A DNA stretch of 63,008 bases, the filler included, from Asterionella formosa (Eukaryota), in the NCBI GenBank assembly GCA_002256025.1. It is 20 parts of 20 records of this genome, joined end to end, with 100 filler letters (N's around TTAATTAATTAA, not from the genome) between each part and the next. Parts side by side here need not be neighbours in the genome. Positions count along the whole stretch, not along the records: positions 49,957 to 51,173 come from NKIB01003609.1; positions 51,274 to 52,490 come from NKIB01003610.1; positions 52,591 to 53,807 come from NKIB01003611.1; positions 53,908 to 55,123 come from NKIB01003612.1; positions 55,224 to 56,439 come from NKIB01003614.1; positions 56,540 to 57,755 come from NKIB01003615.1; positions 57,856 to 59,071 come from NKIB01003616.1; positions 59,172 to 60,387 come from NKIB01003617.1; 12 more parts are not named here. One strand, given 5' to 3'. The position numbers were made by a program, and so were the translations under genes. Position 1 is the stretch's first letter. Each line of letters starts with the position of its first letter. Positions 49,857 through 61,793 of the stretch are shown piece by piece. Under the pieces are notes generated by a model. That model made no database searches and was not told where the DNA came from. It was given only the letters and a program-made list of their open reading frames with translations.

Positions 49857-50779
49857 NNNNNNNNNNNNNNNNNNNNNNNNNNNNNNNNNNNNNNNNNNNN
49901 TTAATTAATTAANNNNNNNNNNNNNNNNNNNNNNNNNNNNNNNNNNNNNNNNNNNNCTCCTTTTCTTGTCGTTGTGGTGATTGAAAAGTAATTCTTGTTG
50001 TGCCCTTCTGCCAAATTAGTTTTTCTACCACTTGTCGTAGAATTCTACGCAACTGATTGAATTACGGGGAGTGATAGAAGGGCATACTTATATATAAACC
50101 TGTTCGCATATGTAAAAATAACATTCATTTGCGTGTGTGTCGTATGATGTCGCTCGTGTTTGTAATTCTTGATACTTGTCCATTACAGTACTAACATAGT
50201 CTACCTGAAATAATTTCTCTACCTCCTGACGTCGTTGAGTTCTACATGAAATCATGACCATGATGATGCCGGAACTTTTGTCCATCATGAAATATGTTTG
50301 TACATATGCCCTTCGTGATAGTAAACCGGTATCAGTACAATAGGTACATTTATTGGAAAAATACCGGTGGTACCACTCCACATGGTTCGTTATAATCGTC
50401 ATGTAGAAGAAGGTTGAAGTTTAGCCCAATGTATGTTTGATACCAGTATTTAACATAGATTAATGACCCCGAGGGTCATTTTAGCTTACCCGGTATTCAG
50501 CTAAGCAAAATTCCGGAAATGATTGAGAATTTTTCCCTTTCGACTTGTATCGACAAAATGTTGGTACAATAACAATACTTCCTGACTCAAAACGTCCTTT
50601 ATTTTTGCACATGGAAATTTGATGGAAATTAGTCCATTCTCAGCGGGATTTTTGTGAAGGTTATTGCTGTTAGCGGTCCTAAAAGATCACTACGTCTGAT
50701 CCACATATCGCGATAAAGCGTCGTAGCTTTCTACCTGTGGCTGGTATGGCGATCTTTTGAATTGCCACGATTTTATTGG

Positions 50780-51173
50780 TCATTGGTTGAACACCCTGAC
50801 GAGCTATCCAAAAACCAAGATACTCAATTTCGATAGCACAGAATGTCGACTTGTCTGCATTTATCCGAAGGCCCGCTTCGGATATTCTTTGCAGTACAAT
50901 TCGTACATTCTGTAGGTGATCATGAAACGATCCCGAGGTAATACCCAGAAGGTCGTCTAAGTACGTACGTACCCAGGCCTGTCATTAAGTTTGACATTTT
51001 TTCTTGAAAAATGTCCGAGGCACAGTTGGTTCCCATTGGTAATCGGTTATATCTATACTTGCCCCAAGGGAAAATTATAGCACTTAAGTTTTGTGCCTCT
51101 TTATCTAAACGAATTGTATAGTATCCCATGTTAAGGTCTAATGCCGTGGCATATGTTAACCCTTGTTCAATCT
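50780..51173 (-). mobile_element. Ty3/Gypsy reverse-transcriptase fragment
   Basis: ATALDLNMGYYTIRLD..IIFPWGKYRYNRLPMG..DIFQEKM, then YLDDLL after a frameshift. Confidence 0.9.
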
Positions 51174-51273
51174 NNNNNNNNNNNNNNNNNNNNNNNNNNN
51201 NNNNNNNNNNNNNNNNNTTAATTAATTAANNNNNNNNNNNNNNNNNNNNNNNNNNNNNNNNNNNNNNNNNNNN

Positions 51274-51830
51274 TTCATCATGTCAAGAACATGATAGATG
51301 AGGGTGAGTTGCATATTGTTTTTCTAAGATCAGAAAACAATCCAGCAGACATTTTGACGAAGAATGTCAAAGAGCAGATTTTTACAAGGTTATCTGGACC
51401 CGTGCTGAGTGGTACAATTTTAGAACTTCTTGAACATGGTAATGAGGAGGATGTCAAGAATATAGCATCAATGGCTATAATGAGTCACAAGGACTGTGGA
51501 CTCGACTATAGTCCAATGAGTCAAATGGTGCGTTCCCATGTCAAGAAGCTTGCTAATGAGATTGATGTCTTAGATCAATCAGAAGAAGGTTTACATCAAC
51601 GAAAAGGGAACACGAAGAACAGGTTCTCGAAGTGTGATGAATGGGATTGAAACTTAGTTTTAGTTTAATCTTATAATTAAGAAACAGTGAGAATTGACAG
51701 AGTAAGGTCAATAGCGAAAACTAGCACGAAGGCTAGCAGCAGAAAGAAGATAACAATACTAGTGGTATAACAGGTAAGTTTTACGTAAGAGGAACCCGTC
51801 AGACGGGAAGGAGTACGAGACCTTTCAACA
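51274..51830 (+). mobile_element. Ty1/Copia 3' end: RNase H C-terminus, polypurine tract and putative 3' LTR (51452-51830)
   Basis: HHVKNMIDEGELHIVFLRSENNPADILTKNV, then purine run GAGGAGGA directly before TGTCAAGAA. Candidate LTR end TTTCAACA. Confidence 0.75.
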
Positions 51831-51847
51831 CCCGGTACCACTTAAAA

Positions 51848-52054
51848 ACTGTAAGCCACCGCTATTTTACTCTATCTTTCGACTAAAAATATTTATGTAA
51901 TTCAACGATCAAAACTTGACGCAAGTACAAAGCTTATGTTAGACAATGCTCTCTGCTATACTATTAAGGAATCAGTTTTGATTCAGTGTATCTAGCCATG
52001 AAGAAATAATTTTTCCAAAGTCACTAAGATTATTGCATAGCGGTGGCTTACAGT
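51848..52054. mobile_element. MITE-like element of 207 bp with 18-bp TIRs
   Basis: ACTGTAAGCCACCGCTAT ... ATAGCGGTGGCTTACAGT is a perfect inverted repeat around an AT-rich interior. No target-site duplication is evident. Confidence 0.65.
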
Positions 52055-52252
52055 GCATATTTTTCTATCTGTACATGAATATATTTTACCCCCAAACCGT
52101 GTTTATTTTTACTCCGTTAATACTACAAAAATTATTTTCTTATTACTTTACGTTTTACACTTTTGCAGGGGCAGCATCATCGTTGGAGAATTCTTCTGAT
52201 GCATTACATTAATCTCGAGCTTCTTTGCATCTAATTTCTTGCTTGCGGAGTC

Positions 52253-52490
52253 TCAAACTTCATCACGGAATGGTGGATCGGCAGTAGCAGTTGTAGAAGG
52301 AAAGGGAATAGCAACAGGAGGAGGTGCAGTAACAACAACCACAGCAATAGGAGGTGCATGGAGAGGGAATGGCGGCTGCTGGTCACCACGGTGATTGGTA
52401 TCGTCGAATCTTGTAATCAGAGCTTGCCTTGTTTGTGGAACCGGCAAATCCCCTGATCGTTTGTACCAACGCACCATTAATTTCAATTCT
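52253..52490 (-). mobile_element. C-terminal fragment of a repeated transposon-like ORF
   Basis: LKLMVRWYKRSGDLPVPQTRQALITRF; homologue at 28967-29254. Confidence 0.4.
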
Positions 52491-52590
52491 NNNNNNNNNN
52501 NNNNNNNNNNNNNNNNNNNNNNNNNNNNNNNNNNTTAATTAATTAANNNNNNNNNNNNNNNNNNNNNNNNNNNNNNNNNNNNNNNNNNNN

Positions 52591-53807
52591 ATTTTCTTTT
52601 CCATGGAGGGACCTCCGTTGAAGGGCTACTCTGCTTCGATTCGATTGGTGACCTGGATGGTTCTGCATCCTGGTCACTTGCAGCAAAACGATTTGAGCCC
52701 TTGTTCTTATTTGAAATAGCTAAGAGTTCCGCAAGTAGTTCGTCATCATTAGCGTCACCGCCACGATCACCTTGAAATGTTTTGGCCTGTGAATTCGCCT
52801 TGAACCCACCCTGTGGTGTAGGAACCATGTCTTGTTCCTGACTAACTGTTACGTCTGGTATCGAAGAGGCGACAAGGATGTCATCAATATCTGCGTCGTT
52901 AGTTGATTTCGGTGTTGCTGGTTTTTGAAATTTTCTTTTCCATGGAGGGACCTCCGTTGAAGGGCTACTCTGCTTCGATTCGATTGGTGACCTGGATGGT
53001 TCTGCATCCTGGTCACTTGCAGCAAAACGATTTGAGCCCTTGTTCTTATTTGAAATAGCTAAGAGTTACGCAAGTAGTTCGTCATCATTAGCGTCACCGC
53101 CACGATCACCTTGAAATGTTTTGGCCTGTAAATTCGCCTTGAACCCACCCTGTGGTATAGGAACCATGTCTTGTTCCTGACTAACTGTTACGTCTGGTAT
53201 CGAAGAGGCGACAAGGATGTCATCAATATCTGCGTCGTTAGTTGATTTCGGTGTTGCTGGTTTTTGAAATTTTCTTTTCCATGGAGGGACCTCCGTTGAA
53301 GGGCTACTCTGCTTCGATTCGATTGGTGACCTGGATGGTTCTGAATCCTGGTCACTTGCAGCAAAACGATTTGAGCCCTTGTTCTTATTTGAAATAGCTA
53401 AGAGTTTCGCAAGTAGTTCGTCATCATTAGCGTCACCGCCACGATCACCTTGAAATGTTTTGGCCTGTGAATTCGCCTTGAACCCACCCTGTGGTGTAGG
53501 AACCATGTCTTGTTCCTGACTAACTGTTACGTCTGGTATCGAAGAGGCGACAAGGATGTCATCAATATCTGCGTCGTTAGTTGATTTCGGTGTTGCTGGT
53601 TTTTGAAATTTTCTTTTCCATGGAGGGACCTCCGTTGAAGGGCTACTCTGCTTCGATTCGATTGGTGACCTGGATGGTTCTGAATCCTGGTCACTTGCAG
53701 CAAAACGATTTGAGCCCTTGTTCTTATTTGAAATAGCTAAGAGTTTCGCAAGTAGTTCGTCATCATTAGCGTCACCGCCACGATCACCTTGAAATGTTTT
53801 GGCCTGT
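52591..53807 (-). repeat. 339-bp coding tandem repeat (113 aa per unit, about 3.6 near-identical units)
   Basis: The CCATGGAGGG anchor occurs at 52601, 52940, 53279 and 53618. The unit encodes FQGDRGGDANDDELLAELLAIS..EVPPWKRK. One unit has a TAA at 53066-53068. Confidence 0.92.
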
Positions 53808-53909
53808 NNNNNNNNNNNNNNNNNNNNNNNNNNNNNNNNNNNNNNNNNNNNTTAATTAATTAANNNNNNNNNNNNNNNNNNNNNNNNNNNNNNNNNNNNN
53901 NNNNNNNGG

Positions 53910-55091
53910 TTTGTTTTTTCAAGAGCTTTAGAAGCCAAATGGAAAGTACTTTTTTGCATTGCTGTATTTCTTCCACATCCCACTTATTTTTATAATATTC
54001 TGATTGGTCATCCTTATCAGGGACAGTTTTTTGCGTTGGCAATTTCATATTATTACCTTCCTCATTTATTGAATAAAGTTCAAAACAAAAGCACATGGAT
54101 TTGGCTTGATTATTTGAAATTATTGATTTCCATTTTTGGATTTTTGCTGGCATTCTGGATCAGTGAAATGAGTGCTATATTTTTAATTTTTATTGGTTCA
54201 AGCTTTTTCTTCTTTGGTTTGATTTATATCTATTACCTCAAAAGTTTGTTCATGCCCGATCCCATATACAACAAACTTTTTATAAGTTCTTGGTCTGATA
54301 TTCAATTGCAATTTTCTTATTTTTTTAATCAGCTCGAAAATGCATTTTTCTTCAAAAAACATTATTCTATTTTCGAAGGAATTTTCTATTATGTCTTACT
54401 GATTTGTTTGGCTATTCTTAGCTATTAGTTTTTTAAGAAGCAACATCCACAAAAGCAATTAATCACAGCATTTTTCATCAGTTTTTTTGTTTCATGTTGG
54501 CTGCTCTTTTTCTCATCCTGGAATTTAAGAAGCCAATTCGATGCTAAGTATTATGGCTTATTGTATACATTTTTGTGGATAGGAATTGGATATGCTTTTC
54601 AATCGTATTCCAATAAAATACAATGGGTAGTTTTTTTAATGTTGATGTTCGTTAATACCACGAATGCTTTCACAATGATTCAAAGGAATTTTAGCCATGA
54701 AACAGTTTTTGAGCAAAATAAATTAGAGTCTGAAATACCTAAAGGAACATTACTTGGCTCTTATTGGAGAGTCTTTAAAATTGCCTCAATCCATGAACAA
54801 TTGCAACCCGCTTCAAACAATATAAGCGAAGCCAGAAATTGGTTAAAGAGAGATGTTTATATTACAAATAGAAATTTTTATCTGTTTAAAGATGAACTGA
54901 ATTTATTGCAGCACAGAGGTGATACTATTTTGTATATGAACAGGAGACTCCTTGCTACTCAAGATAGCTATTTATTGAGTGGATTAAGGCTTTATAAGTA
55001 TACAAATTTAGATGCAAATAAAAAGTACATTTCAGATTTGATTAGAAAAGATATAGTTCGAGCGCATGCCGAATGTGGCTTTCTTCTATAG
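53910..55091 (+). CDS. Intron-less AT-rich polytopic membrane protein of bacterial appearance, with one internal TAG (54426-54428)
   Basis: ORFs 54036-54428 and 54561-55091 are in the same frame, which is open from 53910 and between them. Many hydrophobic segments. Composition is unlike the host genes. Confidence 0.55.
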
Positions 55092-55223
55092 CCAAGTACT
55101 ATCGAGAACACTGGTGGCAATCANNNNNNNNNNNNNNNNNNNNNNNNNNNNNNNNNNNNNNNNNNNNTTAATTAATTAANNNNNNNNNNNNNNNNNNNNN
55201 NNNNNNNNNNNNNNNNNNNNNNN

Positions 55224-55297
55224 GCTTCGACAGCATTGATTGACACCGAAGCCAAGAAGGCTATAAATATGACTGCTTTTCTCAGGAAGGTTGGCAT
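55224..55297 (-). CDS. N-terminal signal peptide of a secreted protein, cut by the contig edge
   Basis: MPTFLRKAVIFIAFLASVSINAVE. Confidence 0.4.
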
Positions 55298-55607
55298 CTT
55301 GGTTTAGCAAAGTGTTGAACATAAGCAATGACTGATTCAATGATAACTTGCAATTTGCATTTAATTCTGCAATTAAGTCATGACTCGACTCATCTTGAAG
55401 GTTCGCTAGCTCACTAGTGTATTTCCTCTGCCTGATTCATGATTTGAAGGGAGGTAAACATGATTAAATCATCAAATGTCGGGCAATTCAGCATTGATGC
55501 CATAAATATATACAATTCAGTCATGACAAAAAAAATAAAAAAAAAATCATACAAAAATAAATGTACAGTCGCTTTTATATTTTTATTCAATTACTGGTAC
55601 CAGTAAA

Positions 55608-56428
55608 GAACTGCTGTGACCCACTGAGTTCTCCTATTCGTTTGATTAGTTCGACTAAACCTATTCCATGTCTTGCGAGAATCAAACTTGCATGTCTTGT
55701 TAACCAAAGGAGTCATCAAGTTGTGGATCTGTCGATATTCTCATTAAAGGTCGAGGTGCTGAGATACGAACCCTTTTATGTGGACAAAATTTGCCGGTAA
55801 TGGGTCACAGCCGTACTTAAATTTTTATCTATAGTTGAATATAATTTTATATACCATTACGATCACGGATTACCCCGTTTGGTTTTCGAAAAATTATTTT
55901 TAAGAAGAATTTTCGTATCCAGATTTATCCGAGTACCTGCTGTACCAGGATACCGGTACATCACAATCACACACAAATGCATTCAGCCGTCAACACATAC
56001 CGGTATGTACCGGTTTCGGTGCACACTTTCTTCGCATTGTTGTACGGGGGCTGATGGTATGTGGGTTGACCTTGGCGCGCCCGTTTATGCATGCTGAAAT
56101 TACTCAATCAATGTCAGGGGATAGGGATATGTTTATGACAAGAATCATAGGCAAAATAAATCGCATGCGATATTTTTGTATCTAGTTGCGTATATCACAA
56201 AACAATGAATCCTTAAAACATGGGGTAATCCGTGTTCTGGCAATAATTTCGTCGATTGCACTTTTCAACCAATATTTTAGGAGAAACAAATTGCTATAAA
56301 CTTAAATCTAATGGCATATCCTTAAAGCGTAGATGGTCAGGATTTGGGTCGAAGTTTTAAAATTAACATATTGGCATTTGGTGGGGTCAAACCGTGTTTT
56401 TCTCCTGTTCAGTGGGTCACAGCGGTTC
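55608..56428. mobile_element. Putative non-autonomous TIR element
   Basis: GAACTGCTGTGACCCACTGA ... TCAGTGGGTCACAGCGGTTC (1 mismatch in 20), plus an internal partial copy TGGGTCACAGC at 55801. Confidence 0.5.
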
Positions 56429-57855
56429 CAATTTTTTTTNNNNNNNNNNNNNNNNNNNNNNNNNNNNNNNNNNNNNNNNNNNNTTAATTAATTAANNNNN
56501 NNNNNNNNNNNNNNNNNNNNNNNNNNNNNNNNNNNNNNNATGCCAGTAGTCACTAGCGTGCCTGCATCAGAAGGCATAATGATGGATGATGAGCAATGTC
56601 GTTGTTGTTGTTATGAATGGTATACAAGGGTATGATATATTGTAGCCGAGGAAAGTGGTGACAGGAAGATCTTTTTGATTTTCTATAAATCATCTCGTTG
56701 CATTCAAATACCGGTATATTTATAGATTGATGTATCGGTAGTATACCGGTACAAAAAAGAATATAAATACATGTATGAATACCTGGTATTACGACTTAGT
56801 ATCCTTAGCAACATTTGTACCGGTATAAGGTTAACTGTTATAGTACCTGGTACCGGTACATCAATTGGCGTGGTACCACATACTGTACCATAGGTCAAGA
56901 GGTCTATTTTACGCATGCATGCATGGTGGGGTTTGATTTACTACCTGGTACCTGGTACCTGGTACCTGGTACCGAGTGTTGTAGCTATGAGGATTTTTTG
57001 TTTGCTTCTCAGCCATAGGTACGAATTTCGCCGAATCCTCTGGTGACGAGCTCGTAGTACCTGGTGCGTACCGGAAATAGTCCTTGATAACTAATATCCA
57101 TATCTGACGTATGCATGTATCTTACAGGCAAAATGCAAATAAATACTATACATACATACCGGTATATCTTAGACTACCGGGTATCCCTGAGCTATAGGTA
57201 CTGTTCCAGGTAGGTACCAGGTTTCTGGTACCCTTAACTCTATACCACAATGATGTAATGGTTTATACAGTACAGGTATTTTAGCTAAATGCAGTGGTAC
57301 ATACCCTGGCATCCTGGTACCTGTAGTACCGGTATTCCTGTCTGTAGTAGACCAACTGGTACCGGTATCCTGTCATGTTATTTTAGATACTTGTACTGGT
57401 ACCAGGTACCAGGTACGGCATTCGACGAGGTCGATGGGAAGACGAATGTACTGTTATTTTTCATTTTAGCATTAGCATTAGGATTAGCATCAGCATGTAA
57501 CAAATACATCAATATAAATTATTTCCTTCCAAAGAAAACCCAGACAACAAAAGGTATTGTTGTGTGTCGGTGTTCCTTCAGTGACTGCTGTCCAATCCTT
57601 TTCCATACATCAAATCATAGCTACATCCTGGTCTATCATCAAGGCTACTTGTAGCAATCATTTCAAGATCCAAGGCAAAGAGCTTTTCTCCATTCGTTCG
57701 CGTCGTATTCTACTTTGTAGTTTGCTTCCACCGCCCAGTTCTGTGAATTCCGTCGNNNNNNNNNNNNNNNNNNNNNNNNNNNNNNNNNNNNNNNNNNNNT
57801 TAATTAATTAANNNNNNNNNNNNNNNNNNNNNNNNNNNNNNNNNNNNNNNNNNNN

Positions 57856-58862
57856 CCACCAACACCAATTTCGGAAATGAGACGGCTACCACTGGAACGT
57901 GGCATGATTTTGTCTTATAATAGTTGGCTGGTGTTGCTGTTTTTATGGCAGGTTGATTCGTTAGATTGTGTAAAAATAAAAAATATTTTTATCATTCATG
58001 CCACCTCATTTCTAGAAGGTTTTGAAACATCGTACGTAGGTGGATTGAAGTTCTTGATTTCCTAATGAAATAAATGAAAATCGTAAAAACACTAATCATT
58101 AATAGATTTAGAACATTTAGAACGTTTGGAAGTTGGTTTGAAACCAGTGAACACTTCGTTTGGGTCCTTGTTCTTCAAAAGAGATCGAACCCCCTTCAAA
58201 CAACAGTCAGGAAGTTGCATCCGAACACCTTTTCCCAATGGACCACTGAAAACTCTGATTAGAAACTTGTACAGAAGATTGCGGGCTCTTGATGCCGTAA
58301 TGTCTTCATCCTTCAGCCTGGTAAGAATTGATTCACCTTCCAGAAACTTCTCCACCAACTCTTCGACTTCATCCCATCGGCACTGACATTCAGGGCAGCA
58401 AAAATCGCAGCATTCGCAGAAGATGCGATCCTCACATCCCTCCACATACGACTCTACAATCAACCGGTCTTGGCAGGTAGGACAACTATCATGACTGTAG
58501 TTAAATTCGTCATTACCATTGTCATCATTTTGATGTGTAATTTCGCTCATGGTTGATTGTTGCTTTTTTTGTTTCTTACCGGTAGTCATCAACAATATTT
58601 GCCATGCTGCCAGCTCGTCTGACACATATATGTTGATTGTATGATAGGGTATATAAACATTGAGCGATGGAGAACGTTTATGTATATATTTATTGAATTC
58701 GAAAAGGAATCTATGTATGTACGCGCAAATTTCCAGTGATTCAAATATTTCAATTGGAATCACGTTATTCAAAATTAACTCATAAAAATTCTTAGTTCCA
58801 GGGAATTTCGGCAACCCTAAGCAATATTTTAATTTTTGCCTAGGGGTTCAAATGCAGGAACC
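57856..58862 (-). mobile_element. Kolobok copy D (KolX-bearing end with TIR, followed by TTAA)
   Basis: The terminal ~75 bp is identical to the end of copy A. TTAA at 58863-58866. Colinear with copy C at 41700-42660. Confidence 0.88.
58092..58550 (-). CDS. Intact KolX-like protein (Cys-rich, P2X7 C-terminal ballast-like domain), 152 aa
   Basis: CPTC..CECCDFCCPECQC, then ARNLLYKFLIRVFSGPLGKGVRMQLPDCCLKGVRSLL..EVFTGFK, matching the R..Y......G.LG...R..LP.C....R......Y.GFK pattern. Confidence 0.85.
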   Translation of the reverse strand: MSEITHQNDDNGNDEFNYSHDSCPTCQDRLIVESYVEGCEDRIFCECCDFCCPECQCRWDEVEELVEKFLEGESILTRLKDEDITASRARNLLYKFLIRVFSGPLGKGVRMQLPDCCLKGVRSLLKNKDPNEVFTGFKPTSKRSKCSKSIND

Positions 58863-59725
58863 TTAAGGTTCCAGCGAAAATACCAGAATGTTGGAATCCT
58901 TGTTACGTAGTAAGCCAGAGGCGTATGAAACAAGATGTATAGTATAAACTTTGTATGTACGATTTTACTTGGCACCAGATTTTATGCTAAACTGCATTTA
59001 TTTGTTAGTCTTTGTGGTAGAATGTCAAAATATTTCGATCTCCTGTAATATACGTATATAAACAGTAAAAGNNNNNNNNNNNNNNNNNNNNNNNNNNNNN
59101 NNNNNNNNNNNNNNNTTAATTAATTAANNNNNNNNNNNNNNNNNNNNNNNNNNNNNNNNNNNNNNNNNNNNAAAGATCAACTCAAGCACATCCTCAAGCA
59201 TGAGTTCTACCATAAGCCGAAATCGACTTCGCATCGCTTGTTGAAGGCAATCGTGTTATGTCGAGAGAACGCGCATGCCTGGTGTCGATTTTCTAACACA
59301 AAATCGTAAATAAATAGTTGAAGTTGAAGACAATTCCATGACGCATCAAGAAAATAAGCGTGACTGGTGTCAATTTTAACAAAAGATCGTCTTCGCATTG
59401 CTAAATGCAGTCCTGTGATGTATCAAGAATACAAACTCCATTTCAAGCGTAAATTTGTACATGATAATTTTATACTCAGTGGTGATGGCAGGGCACATGC
59501 ATTTTAGTGCAGCCGGCCACGCATGGGATATGAAACAACGGTCAAACATAAGATTCATGGAGTTAACATTACTAACACTACTAACCTTGTTCCTGTTCGG
59601 AATCCTGTGCCTGTTCCACATGCTCGTATGTTAAATACATGGAGTCATAATACTCGTCCATCCGGTTGGGGTACCGTGCCACGTGCCGATCCTACCGAGA
59701 ATACATCTGCCCAGGAAATTTCAGT

Positions 59726-60370
59726 GGTCACGAACCTTCCTGCTGGTCAGATAGTGACTTTTGTCCCTCCTACACAACAGCAGATTGCTGATCGCCATTC
59801 CAGAGGTATGTGCGATAAGAGCGATGCTATTTATAATGACTCGTTGAGTATATCTCACGTTAGTCATCACCTGAATAATATTGTTTATTTACAGGTTGAA
59901 TACACTATGAATACCGCGGTTAATGTTATGCGGGATATATATAACTGCATTGATGGACATGATGTTCCATATACATATCAGGGCCCAATTCCGGTTTCCT
60001 GTTTTACTTCTAAGGATATATTAACATCAATTGTTTCCAGAATCCTCGTACTCAAGGTGGTCGAGCAGGTCACATGACTGGTCGTCATAATGGATATGGC
60101 CGTTCCAGTTTTGGTAGACGAGGACATTTTAGTGGTCATGAACCCTCCTGTTGGTCAGTTAGTGGCCGATGTGCCTAATAAAAAACCAGCAGAATGCTGA
60201 ACAGATCGCCTTAACAGAAGTATGTGCGACAATAGCAACAATGCTATGATTTTAATAATATACATATATATATATATTTATGAGCGACAGCACATTGAAT
60301 ATGTCTTACGTCAATCATTACCTGAATAACTTTTGTTATTTACAGGATAATTACAGGTTGGATATCACCG
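59726..60370 (+). repeat. Diverged tandem duplication of an exon-intron unit in an unknown gene
   Basis: gtggtcacgaaccttcctgctggtcag..gtatgtgcga..cctgaataa..atttacagg occurs at about 59724-59895 and again at about 60132-60346. Confidence 0.6.
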
Positions 60371-61422
60371 CTATTTGAACACGGGATNNNNNNNNNNNNN
60401 NNNNNNNNNNNNNNNNNNNNNNNNNNNNNNNTTAATTAATTAANNNNNNNNNNNNNNNNNNNNNNNNNNNNNNNNNNNNNNNNNNNNCTGTATCGTCATT
60501 TGCTTGTTGAAATTGTCCGTTTCCTCAAACTTGCTTGGCGTGTGCGTGCAGACACTGTCGACTGGTTTTCAATGGTATGTTGTTCTTGTATTCACTGTTG
60601 AACTTGTCCGCATCTTTGTTACCATCAATAGAGCGACAAGTGGGTCTCTTCATTGTTGTTTGCTCCTGGAAAAGTCCGTGTCCATGTCCGTGTCATCCTC
60701 ATCAATAGAGAGACAAGTTCTTTCGTTGGAAAAATTGGTACCCGTGGTATCATCATTCGCTCGTTGGAACCACTGTCCGTTGCCTCAAACCTGATTAGCG
60801 TCTGAGTACCGGTACCCGGTATGTGCACTGTCGACTTTAGTACATTACAGGCGGAGTGACTTCGCTACTAAATTGCGTGATATAATAATATACCCTGTAG
60901 CACGTCGCAGAATACATTTGCTTCCCAATCATCTCATCATGATTGATAAGATGATACTGTGATATCATGATAGGGTTACATCGATGCATACATCACCAAA
61001 GTATGATACGTAATATTGAATAAAGTACATCACATAGCTATGATACAATTGATCATAAAAATATGATGATTTTATCAAAAGTTTATGATATAATTTTGAT
61101 CAAAATATGATCATGTAAAAATAGTACAATGACAATAAAATACGATAAAATATGTACGCAAGTGTTACCAAGACATCATAAAAAATAAATCAAGCAATCA
61201 TAAAGTATGTTAATTATTATATATGTTTGTCGTTTGATGTATACACTTAAAGTCAACACTTAATATGATAGTATTATACAGTGGATAGGATCTAAGTATA
61301 CGGATGCGTTGATATGTACATCACTATAATATGATTTGTGACATGATGGATTGATGCATATCACATACCGGTATCCTCAACAACCAGCCATCACGTTCAT
61401 TGTTGTGTCGTCTTTCCTTGTT

Positions 61423-61650
61423 TTAGCTATATACCGGTATATGCTCAGATCCGTTCTTCCATTGCAAATCTTCCTTCAATAGGTCAAACTCGTCATCCTT
61501 GAGCATTTGCCTTCCAGCGGCATCGTAGGACTGAAGCGCGTCCAGAAAGATACGCTCCTTTTCGGCTACTGTGAGACGAATGAGTTCCCCACTTTCCGGA
61601 TCGACGACACAGTATTCCTTGTCAGGACTACTTTCGTTTTTGCTTGATTC
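61423..61650 (-). pseudogene. PGRL1 (PGR5-like)-type exon fragment, truncated
   Basis: EYCVVDPESGELIRLTVAEKERIFLDALQSY..QMLKDDEFDLLKEDLQW..GS resembles PGRL1 EQEFLQALQSFY..MSNEEFDNLKEELMWEGS. Preceded by an AG acceptor and stops shortly after. Confidence 0.7.
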
Positions 61651-61793
61651 CTATGGGGAAAGATGGAAGTAAGAATTTTTATTTACTCATAAANNNNNNN
61701 NNNNNNNNNNNNNNNNNNNNNNNNNNNNNNNNNNNNNTTAATTAATTAANNNNNNNNNNNNNNNNNNNNNNNNNNNNNNNNNNNNNNNNNNNN

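Noticed and set aside
52591..53807. 339-bp repeats as a CRISPR or LTR array
   Set aside because: Head-to-tail, frame-preserving coding repeats with no spacers.
58551..58814. N-terminal extension of the 240-aa ORF 58092-58814
   Set aside because: It starts at a non-ATG codon in the transposon subterminal region and is frameshifted in the other copies. ATG 58550 is the shared start.
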